Source of the DNA: Paraspadella gotoi
Taxonomy: Eukaryota; Animalia; Chaetognatha
Reading direction: 5' to 3'
Length of the DNA stretch: 64,000 nt
Assembly (NCBI GenBank): GCA_051294375.1
Contig: JBJCIZ010000239.1
Coordinates: 3,175,476 to 3,239,475, forward strand
In this document: positions 11,967-24,500 of the stretch, one piece after another
How the letters are laid out: every line of letters begins with the position of its first letter
Numbering within the stretch: position 1 is the first letter of the stretch
Notes under the pieces: generated by a model
What the model saw: the letters and a program-made list of their open reading frames with translations, nothing else
Told to the model about the DNA's origin: nothing
Database searches by the model: none
Position numbers and translations under genes: made by a program

Positions 11967-14464
11967 ATCATCGTCATATCCGGTCTCTTCGCTCTCGATT
12001 GCCCTTACCTCCTCCTTCCCTGGCCCACGCCCACTAATCCTCGATTAACGAAACTTACCTTTTCCATCTCCGCTGCGTTGAACTTTGCCTCTTTGTGATG
12101 AATTGCGGTCCCCGCGAATTCGTTGCCCGACGAATTCCTTAACGCTCTCTCTCTCCTCTCTCTCTGATATCTCTTCTCTCTCATCTCTCTGCTCATCTCT
12201 CATCTCTCTCATCCGAAAAAGGAAGGGAACTCCCAGGGACGAAACACGACTTACCAGCGACGGCTTCGCCGACCCCGAGGAAAGGGAAACCCCCCCTGGG
12301 GTGTGGTCGAGAGAGGAAGAAAGAGAGGAGAGAGAGAGAAGAGAGAGAGAGAGAGGAGGAGGAGAGAGAAGAGAGAGAGAGAGAGAGAGGCACGACGCAT
12401 GTTTTGCCCCCGGACGAGAGAAGAATTTCCTTGTTAAGAGCTGGCCTGTCGCAAGAAAGGGTCGTTTGATCGTGGAGACGACGCCAGGACGACTGTATAC
12501 CGACTGATCGACGTACGACCGAAATATCTCGACGACGACGACGTACGATTCGACGACGGCAAATATGTCGTCCCCGGAAGTAAATTAGGTCCGAATGTAT
12601 TTAATGGAAAGTTTTTCAAGTTAATTGTTTGGTTCCTGAAACGAATGGATCCTCTGAAATGATTAATAAAAAAGAGTAGAAATTTTAGATTACATTCAGT
12701 TAGCTTACTGATACATGCAAGGTTTGTCAAAGCTTTCGTTATTTGCCAGATTTGGTTTGATATCTTTAATTTGTACAGTAATGCCTCTATAAATTTGCCC
12801 TTATGGTCATCAAGCTTCAACGAGTCGAAAAACGACGGAAAAAACTTCGATAACTTCTCTATATTTCTACAAAATCTGCTCCCATTTCGTTTTCCCCCCT
12901 CTTTGTCCTACCATTCATTTACTCTCTTTACTCAATCCTTTCCTCGCACCCCCTCAACCGACGTTCCCGATCTCCATCCCTATACCTCTATATACATTCC
13001 ACCTTAACGATTCCACATTCGGAATCTCACATTTTTTTTCTGCGTCTCATTCGATTTCGACGGGTTTTTAACAGTTTTTTGCAGCACCGTGCCTTAATCA
13101 CCTCGCCGAACTCCGCCGCCGCATGCCGCGCCGATCGCCGGCCCGTCTGCAGCCGCTCTTCACGCCATGCGTGCGCGGTTTCGCGAATCGACGCCGCTAA
13201 TTAATGGCGATTGTGTAGAAATGTTACAACGCCTCCTCAGCGGTTCGAGGATGATTAAAAGGAAAAATGGGAACGAAGAGACGGAGGATGGAAATGTGAT
13301 GGGGAACGATGGGAATGGAAAGGATAATGTGGATACGATGGGAATGGAAATGGTTGTAAAGTGCAGAAGTTGGAACGAATGGGATTTAATATGACCCATC
13401 GTGGAAGGGAGAGTAGGAATCGTTATGGGTGGAATGGCGAATAGCGGATGTAATAAGTGGGATATTATGCATACTGAATGGGGATATAAGTGGGATGGAG
13501 AAGTGGAATGATGGAATTGGAAATGGAAGGAGATGAAAAAACAATGAACCAGGAATGGTATGGAAATTGTATCGGGAAGGAAGGGAGATAAGAAGAGATG
13601 GAAAGAAGAGATTTGAAGTAAAGACGAGTGCGGAACGAGATGGGAACGAGGTTGCGGGAAATGGGAAAGAGATGAGGACTTAAAAATTATTGTAAGAATT
13701 GGGAGAAAATTGAGAATAGATGACGACAAGGAGAAGAATTAGGAGAATAAGAGAAACGGATGAGTGAAGTGAAAGAACGCGAGAGAGAACGCGCGGGTTA
13801 CGAATGAAGAATTGAATTAAAACGACCTTGTTTAACTAATTATGATGTCCGATATGCATATATGAAATTGTACAACAATAATAAAAATTATCCAATCATT
13901 TAATAAATAAGCTATTCTGCTTTGTGGTTTAAGGCCTCCATCGGCTCTTACAAGAATAATGACATAGCGGGACCCTGCAAGCTTTCAATCAAGGACTCTC
14001 ACAGTCCTCGGTTTATCACTCCCAGAGTACCTGGCTTCCCTATCAATGAGTGGTAATAATATTTCAAAAGAATGTTTCATTGTATGAAAAGACCACTCCC
14101 TTATATTAATATAACGTATACTGTCTAAAACGTAAATAGAGTTCCAAAACGTATAAACGACGATGAAAACTTAACATTTTCTTTCTTTTCTTTTCTTTTT
14201 TTTTCCTTCAAATTCGAGGATCAAACGAGGCCTGCAATTTCTTTCTTTCTTTTTTTTTTCTTTCTTTCTGCTTTTTTTTCTTTTTTTTGGCGGTAACGTA
14301 AAACGAAATCTTCAAAGGCGAAAGAAAAATTGAAGGGCGAAATCTCCGTCGAAAATTTCCTTTAAAAAAAAAATTTGCTTTTCACTTTTTTTTTTTTTTT
14401 TTTTCGTCTTCGGAAGTCGAGAGGTTTTTCTCTTTCTCTCGCCAACGCCGATTGTGGAGGAGCG

Positions 14465-14498
<34 letters not shown>

Positions 14499-14832
14499 TG
14501 AGAGAGAAGAGAGAGAGAGAGAGAGAGAGTGTCAGACACGCATTTATCCCCCATGACTATCTTTAACACTTTAACTCATAAAAAAAATGTGGTGATAGTT
14601 AGCCTCCCCAAACCTTTAATTATTTTTCATAATACAATGTAATTGGACCAATTATCAAACTGTTCTTTTTAAAATCTTGAAAAAACTCATAATTTGTATC
14701 CCGATCTGATTTAAATGAGGGTGACGACCCTTTTCATCGACTTCCTTTCAAAAGATGAGATCAAAAAAAGAAATTAGAAGAACCGTCTCAATGTCCGGTA
14801 TCATCATCATCATCATCATCATCAGCATTAGT

Positions 14833-14877
<45 letters not shown>

Positions 14878-14996
14878 GTCATCTTAAATCATCATCATCA
14901 TCATTGCATTATTTCACTTTTAAAATCTTTGATCGCCTACCTTATCCTTCTGGAAATCTTCTCCTGTTGCTCTATCCGGATTTTCCGATTATCAAA

Positions 14997-15081
<85 letters not shown>

Positions 15082-15825
15082 CCCGATGGAAGCGTCCATC
15101 ACCCGCAGTGCCACCAGCAGGGCTTTCCCTTCTTTCATACAAACAAGAGGTTTTTTTATGAATGAAGCTACAGCGGTTCTACCAGATTTTGTTCCCGGCC
15201 GCAATCTTTCGGGTGTTTTTTTTTTTTTGACGTTTTTGGTGGTTTTGGTGTTTGTGGGGTTGAAGCTTCGGTAGTTAAGGAGCTTTTGGTAATTTGGATG
15301 TTATCAGTTATTTTTTTTAAAAAAACAGAAACGGTTTGAACACTTAAATAGTGACTTTCGAGGAATATCGATGCTAAATTCTCTACGACGTACTATTTCG
15401 CATTAAAAAAATTTCCCTCGCCTTTTAACCTGCTTGCATTCTTTTCTCCGTCTCTATCATCTCGCTGTATGCTAAATATTATTCTTTTTGTCTACCCATT
15501 GACGTAATCCCTCCCTCTTTTTCATTCCATTTCCTACCTCCCTTTCCGTTCCTCGCTCCCTTCTCTCCCTTTCCCAGCAAGACTGCGTATCCGATGAAAC
15601 ATATGGGTATTGGTGGGGCAAGTGCCTCCAGGCTCCAATGGCTCGTATGGCTCCTTTGGTAGCGATCGAAGGCCCCCCCCTTTTTACGGAAGCCAGGCCC
15701 CCTTTCTTCAGGAAGGAGGCCCCTAACGGTCAAACTTTTTTAGATCGCGCTTTGGCAACAGAGGGGGAAGGATCGTGCTTCGAATAGTTTTTTTTTTTAG
15801 TATTTTTTTGTTGTTGGGGAGTAGA

Positions 15826-15858
<33 letters not shown>

Positions 15859-16550
15859 GAGAAGAGAGAGGAAGGAGGGGGGGAGAAGAGAGAGAGAGAG
15901 AGAGAATGAATTGAATTTCACGCGTTTCACCTTTTCTCTTCATTCACGAGTTCTTTCTTCACATTCTCACAATGGGATAGAATCCCAAAGCGACAATTAT
16001 CGCTAATCGAGTCGGGATTCTCGGCTCGACTAAATGGGTTCGTGGTGTAAAGTTACGCCTTCATCTCATAAATAATCATTATAGCAATTTGCGAGGAAAT
16101 TATTTAGGAAGAGGAAAATTCGGATTTAAAGTATTAAAATAATTTAAGTATTAATTGGACAAGATTATTCGACGTAAGGATCTATTTAATCTAACGTATT
16201 CTATGATCTACGATCTTTCAAAATCGTTTCCTTCAAAATCACTTTCCATAGGCTCACTTACATAGCCGGTCCAAAGTTTGGTGGCAAAACGGCTATTTTG
16301 AATAATAGTTACAATTTTATTTCAGAGAATTATCCCTTCGTCAGCTAGGATTACAAGAATTCCGAATTTCTCTCCTAAATAATTTCCTCGCAAATTGCTA
16401 TAATGATTATTTAGAGATGAAGGCGTAACTTTACACCACGAACCCATTTAGTCGAAGCCGAGAATCCCGACTCGATTAGCGATAATTGTCGCTTTGGGAT
16501 TCTATCCCATTGTGAGAATGTGAAGAAAGAACTCGTGAATGAAGAGGAAA
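10187..16550. CDS. Fragmented exon-like segments of an unidentified gene; strand unresolved
   Basis: GC-rich complex islands at about 11600-11870, 12060-12580, 13085-13240, 14940-15210, 15578-15785 and 15950-16550. Good donors occur on both strands (plus 10206 gtaagt; minus near 12055 gtaagt, 14940 gtaggc and 16260 gtaagt). Indel noise prevents a gene model. Confidence 0.3.
13862..14102 (-). mobile_element. Unclassified structured repeat, copy 2
   Basis: Reverse complement of the 6621-6865 element with an internal deletion; flanked by TA-rich sequence. Confidence 0.75.
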
Positions 16551-16609
16551 AAGGTGAAACGCGTGAAATTCAATTCATTCTCTCTCTCTCTCTCTCTTCT
16601 CCCCCCCTC

Positions 16610-16642
<33 letters not shown>

Positions 16643-18284
16643 CTCGTCAAGTCTCTCTCGTTCTCTCTCTCTCCCCCAAAAAAAAATACTAAAAAAAAAA
16701 AATATTCGAGAGCCGATCCTTCCCGCCTCTGTTGCCAAAGCGCGATCTAAAAAGGTTTGACCGGTAGGGGCCTCCGTTCCTGAGAGAAAGGGGGGGCCTT
16801 GGCTTCCGTAAAAAAGGGGGGGGGGCCTTCGATTCGCTACCAAAGGGGCCATAGAGGCCATGGAGGCCATGGAGGCCTGCCCACCAATCCCCATATGTTT
16901 CATCGGATACGCGTCTTGCTGGGAAAGGGAGGGAAGGGGAGCGAGGAACGAGGAAGGGAGGTAGGAAATGGAATGAAAAAGAGGGAGGGATTACGATGGG
17001 TAGAAAAAGAATAATATTTAGGCATAAGGGAGAGATAGAGACGGAGAAAAGAATGCAGAGGTTAAAAGGTCGAGGGAAATTTTTTTATGATCGGGAGGAA
17101 TTGGGAGGTTTCCTCGTTTAGTCAATTTTAAAGTCAATCGAATTCGAAATCCTTTTGTTTCGTTTCAACCGTTTCTGTTTTTTTAAAAAAAATTATATAT
17201 AACATCAAAAATAGCCATTAACTTAACTACGGAAGATTCAACCCCCACAAACCACCAAAACCACCAAAAACGTAAAAAAAAAAAAAAACCACCCGAAAAG
17301 ATTGCGACGGGACAAAACGTCGAAACCGCTGAAGCTCATATAAAAAAACCTCTTGTTTGTATGAAAGAAGGGAAAGNNNNNNNNNNNNNNNNNNNNNNNN
17401 NNNNNNNNNNNNNNNNNNNNNNNNNNNNNNNNNNNNNNNNNNNNNNNNNNNNNNNNNNNNNNNNNNNNNNNNNNNNGGATTATAAAGATATTTATAGATC
17501 TACTTAGTTATAGATCCATCGTACATGGATTAAATAATAAATATTCATTATAGATGTAAATTATTTTAACCTGGACTTTATAATAGAAAGATGAGTTGGA
17601 GAGATAAGTGGAGCGAGAGAGCGAGAGAAAAAAAAGAGAGACAGGCAGCTGAGGATAGATTTCTGCTCGATTATGCCAGAATTTAATTTTAACTTAAATA
17701 TTTAACCTAAATATATTTTTAAACTTATAAACCAATCCCTAATACCTTACCCTTAACTTTATAACCTAGTCTCTAGTCCCTAATAAAAAATCAAGTCCCT
17801 AAAATTAACCACTAAACTTATCCATAACCTAATACTTAACCCTAATACTTACCAAATCTTTAAGAGAAAAAAATTAAGCTAATACCAAATTTCAGATAAA
17901 ATGGGGGCATTCTGGAATAATTTAAGGTCATCCAATTCTTCCACCCCCTTCCCGTCCCTCTACCTTATTCCGTCCATTTTAAGCCAAAATTTTGTAGATT
18001 CTTTTTTCGGTTTCGCATTTTGAGTTCATCTCTCTCTCTCTCTCTCTCTCCTGTCGTCTCTTCTCTCTCTCCTCTCTCTTCGACTTCTCTCTTCTCTCTA
18101 CCTTCACTTCCGTCCTATTTTAAGGCCAAATTTTAGATTCTTTTTCGGTTTCCGAGTTTTGACTTCATCTCTCTCTCTTCTCTCTCTTTCTCTCTACCTT
18201 CATCTTCCGTCCATTTTAAGGCCATAATTTAGATTCCTTTTCGGTTTCCATTGTTGACTCGATCTCTCTCTCTTCTCTACTCCT

Positions 18285-18322
<38 letters not shown>

Positions 18323-19569
18323 ACTCTCACTTCTCTCTCTACTCACTCTCTCTCTCTCTACTACTCTCCTGCTACGGATTTTCGTGCGTTCGTTGAACAG
18401 CAATCGATTCCAGTTTTTAATCCCGATTTTTGTTTTTTTTGGGTTTTTTTCAGAAAATAAACACATTTTTAGAGATCGAATATGCCGGTGACCAAAAGGA
18501 TTCAAATTTAAATATTATAAAAAAAAACTTTACAATTCAATTTTTCAACTGTTAACAAAAATTTCATACTTTGGATATAAAAGGCGGAATAATTGTATGA
18601 TCCGATTGGATCCAAAACTCTTCTTAGGAGATGCGTGTCCGCATCCGACCAAAAATATTCGGGTTAAGAAAACGAAAGGGTTAAAAATGACCCTCTCGAA
18701 AAATACCTGGCTGCCTTTCGCCATTAGAGTAATCATAGTCCTTTTAAGTTTATACTATGGCGCTGTAGATCAAAGGTGTAACGCAAAAGATAACGAAACC
18801 TTATTACTATTCCAACAAAAAAAGCAAATCGTAACTAAATCCAGTTAATTATTACGTTACTTGACATAAAAAACGTAAAAAAGAACAAAAAAAATTGTTT
18901 TCATTAAAAGTTGTAACGATTTTTCCTTCTAAATTGGGTCACGTGATTTTGACGTCGTCGTCGTCGTCGTCGTCGTAGTCGTCTATGAATCACGAGTTTC
19001 GTTCGATTTTGTCGCACGAATTTTGATTTAAAAAAAAAAAGGAAAAAAAAAGGGAAAAGGAAAAAAAAATAAAGGAAGAGGAAAATGGAAAAGGAAAAAG
19101 TTAGTCCGTCTTCGATTAAGGTGAGGCTGTAAGGGAAAAGGGTCACTGGAGCGAGTAAGGGGTTAGGGTAGCGGATCGAGGGTAGCGATGGTAATAGAGA
19201 AACGACGACGACGAGAATCTCCTTCCCAGGCGGTGGAGCGCAACGCCGACGGCGCCCTCGTCATCCGAGACCGCGCCAACAACGCCGCAGCCGCCGCAGC
19301 GGCTGCCATCGACAATCCGTTGTCGTGCAGGCGATCCAACTTTTCCTATTTGACGCCGGTCGCTTTGAAGGAAGTCACTTCCGGTTTGAAAGAGAGAGAG
19401 AGAGAGAGAGAGANNNNNNNNNNNNNNNNNNNNNNNNNNNNNNNNNNNNNNNNNNNNNNNNNNNNNNNNNNNNNNNNNNNNNNNNNNNNNNNNNNNNNNN
19501 NNNNNNNNNNNNNNNNNNNNNNNNNNNNNNNNNNNNNNNNNNCACCCCAATCTCTCTCTTTGTGGGGGT

Positions 19570-19607
<38 letters not shown>

Positions 19608-20462
19608 CCACTTACTTTTGATCTTTTCCAATCCATCAGAAAATCCTGATGTCAGCCACAACAAGAACGTTTACCCCAACGACAACAACAACAACTCGTC
19701 TAAATTAAAGTGACGGTTCAATTTCATAAACGATGTAAATTAATACTAAACAATTATACAATCTATTTTAAATATAATTAAGAAAAATCAAAGAAGAGAT
19801 TTCCTCGAGCGACATTGTGGATTCCATAGTTCCGCTCTTTCAAGCGAGGACGACCCTGTCCAAGATGCTCAAGCAGGTCGCACTCCTTTTACGAAGTGTC
19901 CTTGATGTTGAGAGAAGACCCTTCCAATTGACGGAGTGTTGTGACGTTAAAAAAAGGACCCCTTTCATTCGATGCAGCGTCGTTTGATGTTGAATATCGA
20001 TTTTCTAAGCATCTTCTCCAGCAGTCGTGATGATCGAAGATCCTCTCCAGGTCTCCAGCGACTGCGCCCGCGTGGAGTCCAAGTCCCGCGAGATCGCGGA
20101 TGTGATGGATGCCTTCGACTCTGAAGACTCGGACTCTCGACGAAGATCTTCGGCCTTCAACTCCACAGCGAGGATGCGAACGAAGGCGGAGAGCCGAGAC
20201 ACAGAGCAGAAGTTGAAGCGCACAACTTTGGTCGCCAAGCTCAGCTCTCTCTCTCTCTCTCTTCTCCCCTTCTCCCTCCATCTCTCTCTCTTCTCTCTCT
20301 CTCTCTGCTTCTCTCTCTCTCTCCTCTGAGTCCTCTCTTCTCAAGATTCTCTTCAAAGATTTCTCTCTCTTACTCGTCTCTTCCTCTCTCACCTGCTTCA
20401 AAAGAGAGGAGACCGCAAAAAAATAGAGAGAGAGAGAGAAGGAAGAGAGAAGGAGAGAGAAG

Positions 20463-20493
<31 letters not shown>

Positions 20494-20989
20494 AGGAGGA
20501 AGACGGAGAGAAACAAAGAAAAGAGATAAAGATCAACAAGCCACGCAAACGAGCACCATCCAGTTTGTATTCCCATCTTTTTCAAAAACCAATCGCCTAA
20601 TTATTCATCATCATGAATATACATGTTCTCCAATTCTTAAAACTCACGACGAACCGCTTCGATCGGTTCCCCCCCAGCTATTTCAAAGCCTTACACAATC
20701 TTCCGTTCCCGCGAGCTGGAGGCCATCCTCTAACTTCGTCCATCGCCTCGAGCACGACGTCGCTCAGATGAGCAGACGGACAGGGCAGCGGAAACGCTGC
20801 GCCCTGGCTCAACGACGCTGCTGAAACGCCGGCGGCGGCCAGGAAGGCGGAGTGCGGCGACGAGCGCTGCGGCAGATTGAGGAGGATGGAGACCGGACGA
20901 GCTGGTGAAGGGGCGGAGAAGAATATAGGAGGTGTGTGGCGTATTGCTGGAGACGTACGGAGAGGATAGGTGGGGGGGGCGAGGGTGTG

Positions 20990-21425
20990 GTGTGGATTAT
21001 AAGCGGTGATTATGGCACTAGGTGAGAAATTGTGTTGATTATTGGGGTGGATTATGGTGGATTTGATTATTGGATATTATTGGATTGATATTGGTGGGTG
21101 GATTATGGTGGGTGGATTATGGTGGGTAGATTATTGTGGGGGAGTGATCTTTTGAGTGATATCAGTGAAACGTACTTATGGGTGGATTGATTATTGTGGT
21201 GGATTAGCGTGATTGATTATTGGTGGATGATTATAGGCTGATATAGTGGGTGGATTATGGTGGGTAGATTATTGGGGTGGATTATTATGTGGGGAGACTT
21301 ATTGTGGGTGGATCTATTGTGGTGGATTTATGGTGGATTGATTACTGTAGCATCGACCATATATGGTGAAGATATAATTGTGATGGAGTTCGGGTGGTGG
21401 ATTATGGTGGGTGGATTATACACTA
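20990..21425. repeat. Degenerate G/T-rich intronic minisatellite (GGTGGATTAT-type units)
   Basis: Many variants of GGTGGATTATGGTG in the intron upstream of the exon at 21574. Confidence 0.8.
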
Positions 21426-21573
21426 TATTTAACACTCATCATCACTCCACAAATACCATGCCGCAACGAGCCTCGTTGTAGACCCCCCACCTTATATTAA
21501 ACCTTAAGTCATTTGAAATTATAACATCCTAATCCTGCCAAACTTAAACAATTACCTTAAATTCGCTTTCCAG

Positions 21574-24500
21574 GAAGAGATGCGCAAGATGCGCTCCAAC
21601 CACGCCCAGCTCGTCGACGAGAGCCAACGCGTCATGGAGCGCCTGGGTCTCGCCGAAGAGGAGCGGGACAATCTGGAAGCGACGCTCCAGCTGGTCAGAG
21701 GCGAGAAGACCTCGCTGGAGCGGACCGTGGTGGAGCAGGAGGAGACGAAGAGGAGGCAGAAGAGGAAGATCGAGGAGGGGAAGGAGAAGATGGGGAGGAT
21801 GTCGGAGAAGGTGGAGGGCTTTCAGGGTGAGAGAGAGAGAGAGACAGAGACAGAGAGAATATAAAAAAAAATATATATATATATATAAAATATCCTCCTT
21901 TTCCTCCCAGGGGAAATGCGGACGATCCTCTCCGCGATCCACGACCGCGAATCGAGCGACGGACGCGTCCTGCGGCAGATGCAGCGTCGAGTCGACGAGG
22001 CTCTGGAAAGTCTCGCCGCGGCGGAGCAGGAGAAACGCCGACTGCAGCAGACCGTGGAGGAGAGGGACGAAGAGATCAGAGGGATGAGGGTAAGGGCCTG
22101 GGCAAGGGCTGACGGGTAAGGAATTGTTTTTACAAACAAATTATGGAGAAAATTAAAGAGAAAAGCGTTGGTTACTCCTTGACTTCACGAGATTACTGCA
22201 ATATGCAAATGAGATTAAACTACGATTATATACTTTCCAGTCGACGGAGATCGTTCGTCGTGCGGAAGAAGATCGCGCGGCGGCGTCGAGGGTCTTCCAT
22301 CGCGTCCAGGAATTCTTGGGGGCGTCGACGGACGAGTTGAAGACGATGGACGCGGAGGCGGCGGAACTGGAGAAGGCGTTGGCAACGGCGGAGGCGGATG
22401 TCGCCGTGCTCAAGGAAGAGGTCGATTGACTGAGCGATTTATTGGGTCGCTGGGTTAATTGTCTGATATCAATTGATTCGTGTATCTAATTATTAATTGA
22501 TTGTACGAATGCTTGATAGTTTAGGTTGCTCAATTGATTAATCGACTTCCTACAGGTCATCCGTCTCACCTCCACCCTCGACTCTTACGAGCGCCACGCC
22601 GCCGCAGCGGCAGCGGAGAACGCCGACCTCCGCCGCGTCGCCGACGAACGGCTGCAGCATATGCGGCTGCTGGAGGCGGCCGCCGCGGAGGAGCGGCTCG
22701 GCGCCGAGAATCTCCGTCGGAAAATGAGCGGATACGTGGATGAGCTGAGATCGATGCCGGAACGGCTGAGGGAGGTTCGTTGTTTGAAGGGTTAGGTTGA
22801 GGCTTTAGCATATCTGCAATCAAATATTACATTTCCAATCTTTCGACTTCTTCCTTCTTGCCCTGTCCCTTACCCACCTCGCTCGCCCAAAGGTGGAGAC
22901 CGAGCTGGCAGCGGCGCGAGCAGAGTTGACTTCCTACCGAGAAGAGATCCGAGTGCGCGACAGGGCGATCGAGGATCGAGAGGCTGCGGCGGAAGCGGCC
23001 GCTGCGGAGAAAGCGGCGCTGCAGGTCGGGATTCGGATTTGATAATTTTTAAAAAATTCATATAAACCCCCCCAATGTTGAAATCACCCCATCGTCCGAA
23101 GACCGAGTTGGACGCGAAACGCGAAGAGTTAATTCGGCTGCAAGAAGTGGAGGCAAAATCGGAGGCGGACGCGAAGGCGGTCGCGCTTCTCAAGGTTTTT
23201 GGATTCGGAAGTTTAATGGTTTATTTTATTTACGTATCGTTAATTATGATAAAGGAGGAGATTGAGCGTCTCTACGCGAGAGAGGACGAATACGGCGAAG
23301 TCTTGAAGACGCTCGCTGAGAAATGCGACGATGACGAGAGGGTGGAGGCAAAGGTGGGGAGAGGGGGGGACATAAGGGGGAGGTGGAGAGTGGGTTTGGC
23401 TATGGAGGATGAGGCTGGAGCAATGGTCAAGAACTTTGATTCCATTTCATATCAAATTATGGAGTCGGATTTTTTGCTTGAATCTTAAATAAAAAGTTTT
23501 AACTTTAGTAGGAGAGAGAGATAAAAGGACAGATAAGCAGTGATAAAAATTGAAGGGTTTCATTGACCATTGACCAATGAGCATTGATCATTGACCCTAT
23601 TACCAAGTTACAAATCATGACCCCTCTACCAAAAAAAAAGGTCCTTCGCGAAAACGCGGCCCTCCGTTCCCGCGCTCGCGCCCTTTGCTCCAGTCGACGT
23701 CGGGTACGCGACCGACTGGAGCGGGCCGAAGCCGACAAGTCGGGAATTGTGGCCGACATGGAGCGAGAGAAGAAGAGAATCTTCGAGACTCTGACTGAAG
23801 AGAAAAAGGAATTGAGCGATTTATTGGAGCGAATGTCAAAGGAGTCGGTGGAAGGATTCGAGGCGATGGAAGAGCGAAGGAAGAGGAGCGAGGAGGAGAT
23901 GGAGCGGGCAAAGGAGGAGGCGGAGCTACTGGGGCGAGAGAAGGCGGTGTTGCTTGAGGAGATTGACGTTTTAAAGGTTTACATGGAGTAATTTTAATCT
24001 CATTTGCATATTGTGGTATTTAGAACATATTTGGATATATTATTAATCGTTGTTTAAAAGGATAAGTCTTACAGTTATTAATTATAAATCGTGTTTAATT
24101 TAATTAATCAAAAAGAATGATTAATTTCTGGCTGCCCTAACGATATCCTTGCCATCCTCTTTGATAGGAAAAGGAGTCGGTTCTGGAGCAACTCTTACGA
24201 TCCTCGGATCAGACGTCGGGAGAGGAATGGAGGAAGGAGAGGGAGGAGTTGAAGAAGAAGGTGGAGGAAGCGAAGAAGGAAGCGGAGAAGGAAGCGGAGA
24301 ATCACCGGATCGATTTCGAGGAGAAATTGCAGACGGAATACTCGGAGAAGTTTGGGAGTCTGCAGGTTTGATGTTGTTTTTGGACGTTGTTTATTTTAGA
24401 TAATTTTGTTGATGTTGACGAGATTGATGTTCAAGTGGATGTTGAACATATCGCTCGTGATGTCGCAGTTTTACAATTTTACTTTTTTTTNNNNNNNNNN

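Larger units (their letters stand above)
8962..19925. repeat. Large inverted duplication: 8962-16123 versus 16358-19925, with a unique spacer of about 235 bp
   Basis: 15120-16123 is the reverse complement of 16358-17376, and 8962-11500 is the reverse complement of 17477-19925. The 11500-15120 portion falls in the 100-N gap of the right arm. The left arm starts at a 25-N gap, and the arms differ by dense indels. Confidence 0.92.

Noticed and set aside
13975-14030. SECIS-like GA motifs in the structured repeat
   Set aside because: No apical AA motif at the expected position, and the element is a dispersed repeat not tied to a selenoprotein 3' UTR.
22421-22455. Apparent in-frame TGA (readthrough or selenocysteine) in the coiled-coil gene
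   Set aside because: A phase-0 donor at 22421 places the TGA in the intron and restores the frame with the exon at 22556.
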